From Eledone cirrhosa (Eukaryota): a stretch of 64,000 nucleotides of DNA. Each line of letters opens with the position of its first letter. The stretch's first letter is position 1. Positions 1 through 16,240 of the stretch are shown here, one piece after another. Made by a program: the position numbers and the translations under genes. The stretch covers positions 1 to 64,000 of the forward strand of contig CAXHJY010001599.1 of the NCBI GenBank assembly GCA_964016885.1, read 5' to 3'. The notes under the pieces are model-generated. The model was given only the letters and a program-made list of their open reading frames with translations, searched no databases and was not told where the DNA came from.

Positions 1-10
1 ATTAATATTA

Positions 11-335
11 TACCGGTTTCGCAGTTCTTCTGCTTTTCAAAAGGTGAGTTGAGATGGAGGGTCTGTGGTTTTTCTCACATCAGTTGAGTTGAGATGGAGG
101 GTCTGTGGTTTTCCTCACCAGATGTGAGAAAAACCACAGACCCTCCATCTCAACTCACCTTTTGAAAAGCAGAAGAACTGCGAAACCGGTAAAGGAACCA
201 AATAAATATATATATTTTTTAAAAAAATAAGACTTCAGTTGCATTTTCGATTTCATCCCTTTTTCTTTATACTTCCACTCGTGTAGGACACCTCGGTTAT
301 TTTTCATTTTGTAAAAAAAACCCTCACTTTCTAAT
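11..335 (+). mobile_element. Penelope-like terminal-repeat element, family A, with fold-back 5' end
   Basis: 11-81 is the reverse complement of 121-191. The long arm runs on to about 335 and ends in (TA)n. It contains a hammerhead motif. An inverted second copy lies at 3505-3717. Confidence 0.75.
158..195 (+). ncRNA. Minimal type-I hammerhead ribozyme, U3-A8 core variant
   Basis: CCTT-TTGAAAA-GCAG aagaa CTGC-GAAA-CCGG-TA-AAGG. Stem I CCTT/AAGG, stem II GCAG/CTGC, palindromic stem III ACCGGT. The C3-G8 pair is replaced by U3-A8. Confidence 0.75.
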
Positions 336-1994
<1,659 letters not shown>

Positions 1995-1998
<4 letters not shown>

Positions 1999-3330
1999 TC
2001 AACCGCATGCAGTTCTCTGGCTACAACCAAAGAGACAGAGTCAGAGTATACAAAGGAGCCATGGAGAAGTATAAGACCCTCATAGAACTGGACATGAAAG
2101 GAAATTGCCCATTATACAGGAGCAAATCATGGAATAGGTTAGATAGGGCTAGACATAAGATAGGGAAAGCCACCTCATGGTACGACAACCAGAGATACCA
2201 GAGTGTCATGTTTGTGGACGCTACCCTGGAGGGAAATTAGCTAACCAGTGTAGAAAGGCCCTGAGAAAGACCCACTTAAAGATTAAGGTGGTAGAAAAGC
2301 CAGGAACCACCATAAAATCCCTGATCAGCAAAACCTACGCTTTTAAGAAAACCCACTGTACTAATAGGAAATGTATCATATGTAAGGTAAACCCCCGGAT
2401 AAACTGTAAAACTAGAAACGTAGTCTATAGCATACGATGTACAGAGGGTACTTGCAGAAACATGACAACAACATACATAGGCGAGACAGCTCGTAGCATA
2501 GGTGAAAGGATAGACCAACACTGGGAGGAACTAAAAGGACAAAAAAACGGGTCAGTACTATACGAACATGCCAGACAACAACACGACAATAACATAGACA
2601 ACATAGAAATTAGAATAATATCTAAACATAGAAATGACCCAGCAGATAGGCAAATCAGAGAGGCCAGTGAAATAGAACTTAGAAGGCCAAGGCTAAACAG
2701 AAAGAATGAATGGAATAACAACAACACCCAAACAAACAACACTGACCTAAGAGAAGTATAATTAAATAAATAGATAAATAAATAAATAAATACATACACA
2801 AGCACAATAACAACAAACACATATAAACACACACTAGTAAAGATAGAATACATTAACCAATACACAGTCACCCAAATCACGAACACACATCAAACAAAAT
2901 ACTATACACACACGCAAACGCATGCGCAAAGAAGACAAATTAAATAAACAAATAAATAAATATATAAAGAGACTAAATAAAGATGGCGTAGAAAATACAA
3001 TGTAACGGGAGGAAACAATAGCATCACTGACGATGTTGCAGATGTGCAACGAAAGAACTTTGATAAACTATATATATGTGTTTGTGTCTATATTGTATCT
3101 GTATTATTTTTGACCGCTGGTCAGTCAATGGTAACATTGAGGATCGAATAAATTAGATTACCGATATAAAAGACACAGAAGCGAAAAGCGAAAACCAACC
3201 AAATAGTGAGTGTGTTCTGTTATTAATTCTGGCAATATTACACAAATATGACCTTCCCCAAGTATAAACAATATTTGTTACGACACACGATTTCATATAA
3301 AAAACCTCGCAAAACTAATTCATCGCCGTT
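1995..3330 (+). mobile_element. 5'-truncated Penelope-like retroelement (Neptune-type): RT thumb/linker, GIY-YIG endonuclease and 3' repeat
   Basis: RMQFSGY..PLYRSKSW..FVDAT, a frameshift near 2225-2240, then VVEKPG..C-C-C-C..VVYSIRC..YIGETARSIGER..H..RQIREA..LNRKNEW. Hammerhead at 3023-3064. Flanked by (TA)n. Confidence 0.9.
3023..3064 (+). ncRNA. Minimal hammerhead ribozyme in PLE 3' repeat
   Basis: ATCA-CTGACGA-t-GTTGCA gatg TGCAAC-GAAA-GAAC-TT-TGAT. Confidence 0.8.
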
Positions 3331-3407
<77 letters not shown>

Positions 3408-3436
3408 AATATATAAATATATATATATATATATAA

Positions 3437-3504
<68 letters not shown>

Positions 3505-3512
<8 letters not shown>

Positions 3513-3716
3513 GTGAGGTTTTTTTTACAAATTGAAAAATAACCGAGGTGTCCTACACGAGTGAAAGTATAAAGAAAAAGAGATGAAATCGAAAATGCAA
3601 CTGGAGTCTTATTTTTGTTAAAAATATATATATTTATTTGGTTCCTTTACCGGTTTCGCAGTTCTTCTGCTTTTCAAAAGGTGAGTTGAGATGGAGGGTC
3701 TGTGGTTTTTCTCACA

Positions 3717-3717
<1 letters not shown>
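3505..3717 (-). mobile_element. Family A copy; hammerhead at 3644-3681 (minus)
   Basis: Reverse complement of 123-335 with a few substitutions. The ribozyme segment is identical. Confidence 0.8.
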
Positions 3718-3780
<63 letters not shown>

Positions 3781-3785
3781 TATAA

Positions 3786-3817
<32 letters not shown>

Positions 3818-3825
3818 GTCTATAA

Positions 3826-3878
<53 letters not shown>

Positions 3879-3903
3879 AATATATATAAATATATATATA
3901 AAT

Positions 3904-3974
<71 letters not shown>

Positions 3975-4121
3975 AATATATATATATAAATATATAAATA
4001 TATATATAAATATATAAATATATAAATATATATATAAATATATAAATATATATATATATATGTAAATATATAAATATATATATATATATGTAAATATATA
4101 AATATATATATGTAAATATAT

Positions 4122-4242
<121 letters not shown>

Positions 4243-4243
4243 A

Positions 4244-4274
<31 letters not shown>

Positions 4275-4567
4275 AAAATATATATATATAAAAAAATATA
4301 TATATATATAAAAAATATATATATATATAAATATATATTATTATGTAATAAACAACATAAGGCAATTATTCCATTTACCAGTGGTTTCTTAAAAGCAAAA
4401 GGTTTTGCTTTCAATCCTCAGAATGAAAAAATCCTGGTTTGTTTATTGAATTTGGATCTTAAAAAAACAAAAAAAGCAAGCTATATGAAAGTGAGGCTGG
4501 AGAAGGAAGGAAAGGAAAAATAAAATAAGACTAGACATACAACCACACATACACGAAAAAACATAAA

Positions 4568-4650
<83 letters not shown>

Positions 4651-4770
4651 ACACACACATACACACACACGTTATTCCGGGTTGAATCGGAGGCAGCCAC
4701 AGTAAGCAAGGCACTCAGTACACCGCAGAGCATGAAAGTTTTAATATAGATGAGAATCTGTATATGTATA

Positions 4771-4818
<48 letters not shown>

Positions 4819-5100
4819 TGTGTATGCGCGCACGCACGCACGCGTATACAAATATAAATATATTTCCCCCATACACATGTGTGTGCGTGCAAGTGTCTCG
4901 TGAATTAGATTATACTTAGAAAATGTCTACAGAATTCCCTTCGTCAATTTACTAGAACCTTTAAGAATTTAGCTTTTAAGGAATCTCCCCTTCCTCCAAA
5001 TCTATCTACCATGACTGACCCCATACTGATCTTACAGACACCTGTAAGCTAAAGAGAAACCTAATGATAAGGATTGGCTCCAATCTGAATACAGAAATCT

Positions 5101-5830
5101 GTATGGTAGAGCACAGATGATTCTTTATTATCTTGGAGATCTCGCAGTGTTCATTTATTCGTTCCCCTATACTACGAGCTGTCTCACCTATGTACACTAT
5201 ATTTTTGTTTCTACATTGTCCTTCAGTACATCTTATGCTATACACTACATTTCTAGTTTTACAGTTAATATGGGGGCTTATTTTACAGGTTATACATTTC
5301 TTATCTATACATGAGGGTCTTTGGAACGGGTATGTCTTGCTAATAAGTGTTTTTACGGAGGTACTAGAAATGTAGTGTATAGCATAAGATGTACTGAAGG
5401 ACAATGTAGAAACAAAAATATAGTGTACATAGCTGAGACAGCTCGTAGTATAGGGGAACGAATAAATGAACACTGGCGAGACCTCCAAGATAATAAAGAA
5501 TCATCTGTGCTCTACCAACATGCTAAGATAGAACACAGGGGTAGAATTAGAGAGCATAGAAATAAAAATAGAATCCACACACAGAAAAGACGCAATGTCT
5601 AGGCAAATTACAGAGGCAGTAAGCATAAAAGAATTAAAACCAAAATTAAATAGAAAATATGAGTGGAACAGCAACATCACAACTTACAATTAAGGACAAA
5701 ATGAAAACACACACACACATAGAACAAACAACTTACAATTAAGGACAAAATGAAAACACACACAAAATGAAAACACACACAGGACAAAATGAAAACACAC
5801 ACACACATAGAACAAACAACCAACCAACAA

Positions 5831-5865
<35 letters not shown>

Positions 5866-6210
5866 ACAAATAGATAAATGAACACAAACACACACAGACA
5901 CCCGGATGTGGCGCATGCGCAAACTGAGCACACAACACACACACAGAAACAAAATGGCGTAGGATAGAAAGAAAGGCACAGAAACGAAGAAAGGAATCCC
6001 CAGTCACTGAAGAGGTCACAGAGTGTGTGACGAAAGGACTATGACTATATATAAACAACTATCTGGTTGTAGAACCAACCAACCAACCAGAAATTTATAA
6101 GTTTGTAAATTTGTAAATTTATAAATTTATAAATATATAATAAATTGAAGTGAAAGCAACTGGTGCGTGTGTTTCTTATTGGCAACATGACCCTCCCAAA
6201 GTATAACAAT
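5101..6210 (+). mobile_element. Second Neptune-type PLE 3' fragment with inverted 5' segment
   Basis: 5363-5680 (+) encodes TRNVVYSIRCTEGQC..YIAETARSIGERINEHW. About 5105-5355 encodes the same region on the minus strand. Hammerhead at 6002-6046. Ends in (TA)n. Confidence 0.85.
6002..6046 (+). ncRNA. Minimal hammerhead ribozyme
   Basis: AGTCA-CTGAAGA-g-GTCACA gagtg TGTGAC-GAAA-GGAC-TA-TGACT. Stems covary with the 3023 copy. Confidence 0.85.
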
Positions 6211-6220
6211 ATATATATAT

Positions 6221-6437
<217 letters not shown>

Positions 6438-6449
6438 CATATATATATA

Positions 6450-6517
<68 letters not shown>

Positions 6518-6518
6518 C

Positions 6519-6551
<33 letters not shown>

Positions 6552-6579
6552 CATATATATATAAATATATATATATATC

Positions 6580-7449
6580 TATCTATCTAAGGCGGGTAAA
6601 ATTCCCGAGATCCATGGACGAGTTCTCTCCAGCGGTCTCTGTCCCTCATTATCGCTGCCATATCCTGCATCTCCAACAGACCAGTGTCTGTCCTTAGGGC
6701 ATCAACATATGTTAACCTTGGTCTTCCTCTTCTAGTGTGTCCATGTAGGGGCTCCCAAAGGAGCACTGAGTGCAATGTCAACTCTGGATGTCGGTGAGCA
6801 TGTCCAGCCAACCTCAGTCTTCTCTGTGTCACTTTTGAGCTGACTTTTGGGATGCTCCCATACAGCTCTGAGTTTTTCATCCTCAGTGTATACTGATTAA
6901 TGTTCAGTGTATACTGATTAATGGAGAAACACCAGGACTCTGGCTTTACTGTAGCACCGGCTCAGAGCAGGAGAGTTGGGGCGAAAAAGGTATCGGATGC
7001 TGAATTTGCCGACGACATAGTTTTGGTGACAAATACAGTGAAGGAGGCAGAGGATTTGATGCGGGAGGTTGAGACTGTGTCGATGAGTGTGGGCTGAGAA
7101 TGAATGAGACTAAAACAAAATATCTGGTAGAGAATGTTGAGAAGCCAGAGGGGATCACTAATGTAGGCGGGAAGCCGCTGGAATTGGTTGAGGACTTCCT
7201 GTATTTGGGAGCAAAGATTGGGAATACGGAAGATGATGTGGTTGAGAGGAAGAGCAAGGCCTGGGCGGCGTGTCACAGCTTGAGGTCGGTGTGGAAGTCG
7301 GACCTTCGTGGAGACCTGACAATCCGTCTCTTCATTGCTGTAGTGGAGTCTGTGCTGCTGTATGGGTCTGAGACTTGGACACTGACCAAGAGACTCACTC
7401 AGATGGTGGATGGGTGCTACACGAGAATGCTGAGGATGGCTCTGAACAT
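6580..7449 (-). mobile_element. RTE-clade LINE 3' fragment with 5' inversion
   Basis: 6587-6907 (-) encodes RRLRLAGH..LLWEP..RRGRPRLTYVD..DRDRWR. About 6920-7449 (+) encodes the upstream part, [29 protein letters not shown]. The two parts join at CTGAACAT. Confidence 0.9.
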
Positions 7450-7457
7450 ATATATAT

Positions 7458-7578
<121 letters not shown>

Positions 7579-7590
7579 AATATATATATA

Positions 7591-7662
<72 letters not shown>

Positions 7663-7675
7663 TATATATATATAA

Positions 7676-7710
<35 letters not shown>

Positions 7711-7711
7711 A

Positions 7712-7761
<50 letters not shown>

Positions 7762-7816
7762 CATATATAAATATAATATATATATACATATATATATATA
7801 TACATATATAAATATA

Positions 7817-7971
<155 letters not shown>

Positions 7972-8061
7972 TATATATATAATATATATATATATAATAT
8001 ATATATATAATATATATATATAATAAATATATATATATATAAATATATATATATAAATATA

Positions 8062-8458
<397 letters not shown>

Positions 8459-8647
8459 GTCAGAAAATCAAGACGTAATCGAAGGCTAATTCTGATACTT
8501 AAGTAAAGGAAGTCATACGCACTTCTTCAGTTCATTGCATTAGTTTCACTCTTGATCAATGTTTTAAAATGAGACACTTCGATATAATTTGATTTAAGAA
8601 TGGTTTCTTTCCTTCTTCCGGCATACAACATAAGGTAACGTCTAAAA

Positions 8648-8811
8648 CAGACATGGGCAACCTTTTTCGAGCAATGGGCTGCATAGGACGTGACTCATGA
8701 CAAGGTGTGCACACTACTAAAAACCTTCAAGACAATTTTGAAATTAGGCGTGCCATTCAGAAAGGCACACGGGCCGCATGCGGCTTGCGGGCGGCAGTTT
8801 GCCCATGACTG
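8648..8811. mobile_element. hAT (Charlie-like) MITE
   Basis: TIRs CAGACATGGGCAA / TTGCCCATGACTG; degenerate 8-bp TSD gtctaaaa/atttaaaa. Confidence 0.7.
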
Positions 8812-8927
8812 ATTTAAAACTACAAGATATCAGACAGCACTATAAAATGTATCATAATGGCCATTAAGAAATATTTTCAAAGTTTCTTTGTTTTATTAAT
8901 TACAATAGAATATTGTATTATTCCTAT

Positions 8928-9341
8928 TACTCTTGGGTCTCGAATAATTGCCCGCCCTCGCTTATTACATTTTTAGATTTTTTCCAATCCCCCCCGCTCT
9001 TATTCCAACCCCACCTCCGCTCTTATTCCATCCCACACCCGCTTATTAAATTTTGCTAATCGATCTCCGGCGAAATTTTATTTTAAGTAGTAGCACTCCT
9101 GCGACAATTAATTTTCTTTAGACATTAAAACACATTATTTTTATATACGACAAAAAAAAAGTACATTCTAGAAATCATACGTTATAAAATAAATAGGGTG
9201 GGTCGTGGGTCTCAATATGTAAACTAAACGACTAATTCTGGTTTTTAAAAAAAAATCAACGGAGACAACCTAGAAAAATTACTAACTTTCCAACACCACC
9301 TCTACAGCCCCTCTCCCGCCATTATTTGGGACCCGAGAATA
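8928..9341. mobile_element. TA-flanked MITE (Tc1/pogo-like); related end at about 12670-12750
   Basis: TIRs tactcttgggtctcgaataat / attatttgggacccgagaata. Confidence 0.6.
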
Positions 9342-9739
9342 GATAAACAAGGATGAACAATGGCAACACATTACCTATAAAAAAAAAAAGCTGATTAAAT
9401 ACATGAAAGGTTTTTCATGGTTGGCTACCAACACAAACTGTTATCGCTGTCATAATTTCAGTTAATCATTGTTGTTTGATTGTATTGGAGACATGAGATG
9501 GAGGAAATAGACTAGACTTATTGATCGTGTGGATAAACATGTTTTGATTTTAAAAAAAATAGTAATCGTATTAGATCAATACATAGCCCTTTATAGTTGA
9601 GGTGTATTAATCGAGATGCTAGCTGAGAAGCTGAGATTGTCAACTGCAAACTAATATAGTGTATGGCATAATACTATCACATTGTAATCAGATACTTAGC
9701 TTATGTACATATTAATATATGCTCCACTAAGATAAATAT

Positions 9740-9985
9740 TAGAGGAAAGGAAGATAAACAAATACCGGCCGCTTCCTCTTTTCACCGGTCGCCGTCGAGA
9801 CTTCAGGCGTACTTAGACCCCGTACTGCCGAACTCCTCCGCAAGATCGGAACGTCAGCAGCCCGTCTGAGGAAGGAGCCCCGCGAAGTGGGGTGGTTGTT
9901 GCAGCGGGTGTCACTGGCCATTGTCCGCGGGGCGCTGCCCCAATACCGCCGCACCCTAGGCCGAAAGCCCATTATCCTCCACCCT
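9740..9985 (+). mobile_element. CRE-clade non-LTR retrotransposon C-terminal remnant
   Basis: EERKINKY..FSPVAVETSGVL..KIG..EPREVGWLLQRVSLAIVRG. Related pieces at 15081-15215 (+), about 17300-17372 (-) and 45767-46075 (+). Confidence 0.7.
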
Positions 9986-10172
9986 TCCATTTTTCTGTAA
10001 CCCTAGATCCCATGCCTTTCCCTTCCTTTTCTGTGACCCTATAGCCCATGCCTTTCCCTTCCTTTTCTGTGACCCTAGAGCCCATACCTTTCCCTTCCTT
10101 TTCTGTGACCCTAGAGCCCATGCCTTTCCCTTACTTTTCTGTGACCCTAGAGCCCATGCCTTTCTCTTCCTT
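9982..10172. repeat. 36-bp minisatellite, about 5 units
   Basis: Unit ccttccttttctgtgaccctagagcccatgcctttc. Confidence 0.9.
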
Positions 10173-11749
10173 CTCCGTTTTCATAACCACAAAAGACACT
10201 TGCATTTTTTATAATAAAACCTTAAACATCTGAAAATAGCGGAACAGTTATAGAAGGAAAATACACATTTCACTATAAACAATTAATATATAAGTAAATG
10301 TTCATCAAGTCTCCTATAGCCAACTGGCTTAACAATATATACAGAAGGGGACCCATGAGTTATCACCTCAATGAGGCTCAATTCCCTAAAGTGTAGGAAG
10401 TTAGGGCCGAAACACTTGCATGAGAGGGATTTTTTTCCTCTGAAGAACTTCTGCTGTCCAGCACTCCTGAGAGTTTCCTACCTCAGACACATGGCTAAAA
10501 CATTGACTTCCGGGAACAGGCCGGATGACGTCTGAGATAGACCGGCTGACACTAGGAAAAACTGGTTACACAGGCTCTGTAGGTTAGCTCTCCACTTTGC
10601 TTTTATTATAATGCTGCAAGTTCCAATTATGAAAGATGCCCACGGGGTTCACCAATAGGGAGAGAAAATGATGAAGAGCCACTACTGTCTAGTTCTCCTG
10701 AGAGTTTTTTTTATCACTATATCATCAAATAGCAAATATTAGATTATATATTTTTTCTTTTTCGTGATAATGAAGTTTAAATGACGTCAAAATTTATTTC
10801 GTTTTAAGGGTCAGAGATTCAGAATTTATAAAAAGACATATCTTTTTATTTTACTGTTAAAGTATACAATAATGGAAGTATTAAATAAATCAATAAATAT
10901 TGTAATGAAGCAATTATCATACTTCTGTACAAAAAAAAAAGAGACCCAATTGTGGAACTCTACAAATATTTAGTCTCAATCTTCCTATGGAAGTTTTAGA
11001 AATGAAGAGTATACATGACAAAATATCTATAAATAATGTAGGGCATGAATAGGTCATTACCTGTGAGTAAAGCTTTGAAACAATTATACAAACCTCACAC
11101 TCTCCGTTGACTTTTAACAGTAGATACACCAAATCATTTCGTATTAATATAGCAAATATCGTACAGACATTCTTTCTCTGAGCCAAGTCCTTAACTTATC
11201 GCTAGCAACTTTAAGAAAATAATAAATGTCACAGTCTTATTTTTGTCTTCTATAAATGTGCATCCTTGTAAAAAAATCAATATTCATATTGGTGGAAACA
11301 TTAAAGATATGTGAGTGCTATAAGTGTATAAATTATCGGTAGGTTTTTAGACTAATTGAATAATTAATAAAAGTAACAATGCATTTTAATGATTTCATAA
11401 ACTTAAATTAGAGTATTCTTATCATTAGCAAGCATTTCCCAACCCATCTTCATAATTTCTATTTGAAATTCAGTTTCTCTTATAACGGAAAATAACAGTT
11501 GTCTATTTTCCTCTTAACGTGGACGTTTGTCTAGAAATGTCGCGATGTACAAACGCTTATCTTAGTTTTCATGGTGCTAAGTGATTGGGAAACACGTCAC
11601 TCTCCTCTTCCCCTCTATTTCTCTCTTCTCCCCCTTTCTTTCACTCTCTTGATATTACGTCATTTTTTAATAGAATCTTTTGTCCTTAGAAATGTTATTT
11701 TACATTTTTCATGAACCGCTTGTGTGAAAATGTTCTGACAAAAACATGT

Positions 11750-11943
11750 CAGACTTGTCAACTCTCTCGTCCGACGGGGAAATCTCCCACCCACTTTGGG
11801 GTGGATGAGAGATGTCTTCTCTTGTGAAAATGGGTATAGCTTTCATTATGTAAAATCTCCCTATTTTGCTTCATTTTTCCCCGTTTGGGGGCACTTTTTT
11901 TCATGGTACTCCCCGTTTGGGTTTTTAGAGGTTGGCAGGTCTG
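11750..11943. mobile_element. MITE family (about 190 bp) with CAGACCTGCCAAC-type TIRs; other copies at 20291-20483 and 42835-42994
   Basis: Three homologous copies, each ending in GTTGGCAGGTCTG. Confidence 0.75.
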
Positions 11944-12447
11944 ACATGTGCACACGAAATTTTTGTGAACATAAAACGAAGCATTTAATATATTTTACCA
12001 AATGTCATGGGTTCATTAAATTATAATCCTGTCTTTAATATTTTACAATCCTAAGGGCGGGGGATTGGTAGCGTCGGACAGCATATTTTGTGGCATAGGG
12101 TTACACCCCTTTACGATCTGGGTTCAAACCCTGCCGAGGTTAGCTTTACCTTTTCATACTTACGGGGTCGATAAAATATAGTATCAGTAATGCACTGGAG
12201 TCGATTTAGTTGACTTACTCCCCCCACATATTGTTGGCTTTGTGTCTAAATCAGAAACCGATATTTTACACTCCAACTAGTGAATGATATATTGAACTAT
12301 ATTACTAGTCAACTGCATTATATACACGGCTACATTTTGAATCCTGTGTCTGCTGCAAATAAATTTATTAAACATTTTTGTGATCTGCTTAGTTCGTTTT
12401 ATACGCTGGTTCCATGTCGTATGTGTGTGAAATGTGTGCGTGTGTGT

Positions 12448-12498
<51 letters not shown>

Positions 12499-15400
12499 CA
12501 ATCATAGCATTAAGAGAACATTGGATCATTTGAAGATTTCAACTAAAAGTTATTAGTTAATGAAAATTTATTGTCTCTGCAGCTTACATCAATGGCCTGG
12601 ACCTCTTTTGGTATCTATTATCACAAAACATCAGGTACATTTAGCGGTGTGAATCACGTACTGTTGTTATACTCTCAGGTCCCAAATAATAGGATGAGGA
12701 GCGGGAGTGGAATAGAATAAGCGGGGAGTGGGGGGGGGGAATTGATAATTCTTCTAGGTTGTCTCAGGATACTAAATGAGGAAGCCTCTACGTAATCACT
12801 CGACCTGATAGAAATAGCAAACAAATCTCACTCCAATAACACTCTACTATTGTAATATAAGAGTATTTGCTTAAAGTAGTCTACATACCTCTAAAATGAC
12901 GGGATGGTCACGTCATGGCTTGAATTTCTTTGATACAAGTTCTGCTCAATCAGCTCTTACTTGGGGGCGTAACTACAGCATCAACTAATTTATTTACAAG
13001 CTAACGAGAGAGAGAGAGATTCTAAGTAGTCGCTCGGCTTGCTAAAAAAAAGCAGCTAAATCTTCCGCTATTCCACCCAAAGCGATAATTTACACAATGT
13101 GGTCCAGGTTCTGTCTGAATAAAAAGTGCAATGGTCATGGTTGGAGTGCTTTTAATCATAAGTCTGCTCTTTCTAGACCACGTAAGACGAAACAACAACA
13201 ATAACAACTAATTTGTATTTACTATAAAATATATCTATTGTTTTGCTTTGTTTTTTGTTTGTTTTCTTTTTGTTTTGTTTTTTTTATTTTTTGTTGGTTT
13301 TTTGCTAATGACAAATCGTAGTTTTGGCCAATAGTTGATATCTCGTTGTAAGTGATCGATGTATTTACACATAAGATAAAATCCAGACTGGAACCACACT
13401 TCTGTCTATGATCGTTTCCAGATAAACATTATTCCACCAACAACTTGCTTTTGTGATCATTCTTTTGGAATTATTACAGATAGCAAGGCGACGAGTTAAC
13501 AAAAATGAAGGATATTATTTACTTCCTTCTCTTTCAACTCCGTGCTGATAAAGCTAGCGACAGTAATATATTAGTTTCTGATTTAGGCACAAGGCCAACA
13601 ATTTGAGGGAGGGGAAAGTCGATTAAATCAACCCCAGTGCATTACTAGTACTTTGCTTTATCGACCTTCGATATGCGATAAACATAACATGTACATACAT
13701 TTTTTTTTTTTTTTTGTGAAATCCAGTGAAGAAATTTATTTATTTAGTGTATATTGTACAAAATATAATTTAGAGATATATCAGATGAAAGAATGGTATT
13801 TAACTAATGTATTGGTACGCGATGGGGCCCACCCACAGCCCCGGAGGACTGTAGCGCATATACAAATAAATGTGTGTTTTGGTAGTTCCACCGCCCCTGT
13901 ACTGTGCGTTTTTATAGTAGGCATGGCCAATGTGAATGGTGTTGACAGAAGCTCGAGGATTTGAATATTAGACTTATATTTCGTCACTCAAATGTTTGTG
14001 TTTGTTTGGGATTAGTTGTATGTTATCGGTTTGTTTAGTGTAGCATTGCACTATTTTACAAGTGTTGCTTCCATCATAATGATTCTATTTTATAGGGCGT
14101 GTGGATTGGCAGTATCGGTAGAGCGTCAGACACCATGCTTTGCAGTATAGAGCTCTTTATGTTCCGAATTAAAATCCTACCGAAGTTAACTTTGCCTTTC
14201 ATCGATGAAATAAAGCACCAGTAATATACGGGGGTAATTGCTGGCCTTGTTGCCAAAGTAGTAACAATTATTACTCTATTTTATGGAGAAATCTGTATAG
14301 GATAGATTAGTTATTTGTTAATGTTTTCGCTCTATAGTTTTGTCTAGTGTTGTGTGGTGAAATTCTTAGAAAAACATAAAGATTTATTTCCACTAATGAA
14401 GAAGTACGTAAAAAACCTCCTGATTAAAACAAACAAAGCACACACGCACTTGATAAAACATGAATATATTTCATGGTTATACTTTTAGTGAAAGTACTAC
14501 AACAATGACAAAACAAACAATAATCAACTACGAGTATTCTAAAAGATTAATAGACCTGGCTATGAATGTATTGACCCGTAACTCCTGGTGGTGTCGTAGG
14601 GGTAACGTCATGATATACGACATGTCTTGGATATTTTAAACTTAGCTAACCACTGTACAAGTATGACCAAAGCCGATTTCTTTCTGACAAGGAGCGACCA
14701 AGCGAAAAAGAGATAATTGTTTCTACTTTAGGCACAAGGCCAGCAATTACCCAGTGCATTACTGGTACTTTATTTTATCCACCCCGTAAGGATGAAAGGC
14801 AAAGTCAACCTCGGCGGGATTTGAACTCAGATCGTAAAGGGACATAACTATGCTGGAAAGCATGGCGTCCGACCCTCTACTGATACTGCCAATAATGAGT
14901 GAGAAATAGATATAGACGAAGAATTGACCCGAGTACTGAACTGGTACTTATGTTTTATTAACCTTTAAAGGATTAAAAGAAAGTTAACCTCGCCGGAATT
15001 TGAACCCAGAACGCAGAGAACCAGAACGAATGCCGCAAAGCATTCTATCCGACGTTCTAAGGAGACCATGCTCTCGGATAGCAGTGAAGACTTACAGCGT
15101 TCTTGGACCCCGGACCACATCCCTACTCACTGCTATCTGAGCAGAGTTGGCCGCCTGCAGGTGCGAGCCACGCGAGGTGCAGTGAGTGTTCCAACGCGTC
15201 TCCTTCGCCGTCCTCTAGGGCAATGCATTTTCCAACCTGTCGGCCGAGACCCAGAGGGGTGGAGGGTAAGGTAGTTGGTAGTGGAGGATACTCGTTCGGA
15301 AGACACTTTCACACATGTATTGAGTGCCTTTATGAATTCATTCATTTCATATAATAAACGAGGCAATTAAAAAAGAAAAACTACAAATCCAACTCAATAA

Positions 15401-15749
15401 ATGCAACAGACGCTACACCTACTAACATGATAGAAACATAGAAACGCACACTGCTTGTAAAGTTTTGTTTTATTATTTAAAAACGAAAACAACATAAAAC
15501 CTTCTTATGACGTAGGAGAAAAAAATTCTTAAGAATATTCTAAATAGACAAGTTAAATACAACCATACGAGAGAAGTAGCCTGCTTTATAATATCACATG
15601 TTTATCAACAACAGCAGCACGTGTGTGCACGCACGTCATTGCACACACGACCGAAAATAAGATACATGCAACAAATCTAAACAGTGATGTATAGATAAAA
15701 AAATATCGGAAGCCAAATTATTAAGTTCATTGAAATGAGATTAGTGTAC

Positions 15750-16240
15750 ATGGTTGTGTGGTGAAGAAGATTATTCCCCAACCACATGTTGCCATGTTTG
15801 AACCTAACCCGCGGCACCTTAGTCAAGTATCTTCTAGTATGACTGGCACTCCGTCGGTTACGACAACGCGTGTTCCAATTGATCCGTTCAACGGAACAAA
15901 CAGCCTGCTCGTGAAATTATCGTGCAAATGGTTGAGCATTCCACAGACACGCGTACTCAGGGAGATTCAGCGTGACACCGAAAGTGACAAGGCTGGCCCT
16001 TCGAATTACAGGTACAACTTATTTTTGCCAGCTGAGTGGACCAGAGCAACGTGAAATAAAGTGTTTTGCTCAAGGACACAACGCGCCGCCGGGATTGGAA
16101 CTCACAACCTAACGGTTACATTTCGAATACATTAACCACAAAGCCACGCGTTTTCACATCTTCTAGTATACCCTTTGGTTAACTAGTGTTTTGTGAGTGA
16201 AATTTTAGTAGACGGAGACTCCACCGCAGCCCGTCGTAAT
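15750..16240 (+). mobile_element. tRNA-derived SINE carrying a nested second SINE (15841-16157, minus)
   Basis: A 12-bp TSD atcttctagtat (15829-15840, 16158-16169) flanks the inner element. The inner element has a tRNA-like head and a TGTGTCCTTGAGCAAAACACTT central motif. Confidence 0.7.

Noticed and set aside
9982-10172. 36-bp repeats resembling a CRISPR array
   Set aside because: Head-to-tail units with no spacers, no cas genes, eukaryotic context.
10365-10428. atgaggctc..gggccgaaac hammerhead-like segment
   Set aside because: The CUGA core and UH site cannot be placed.
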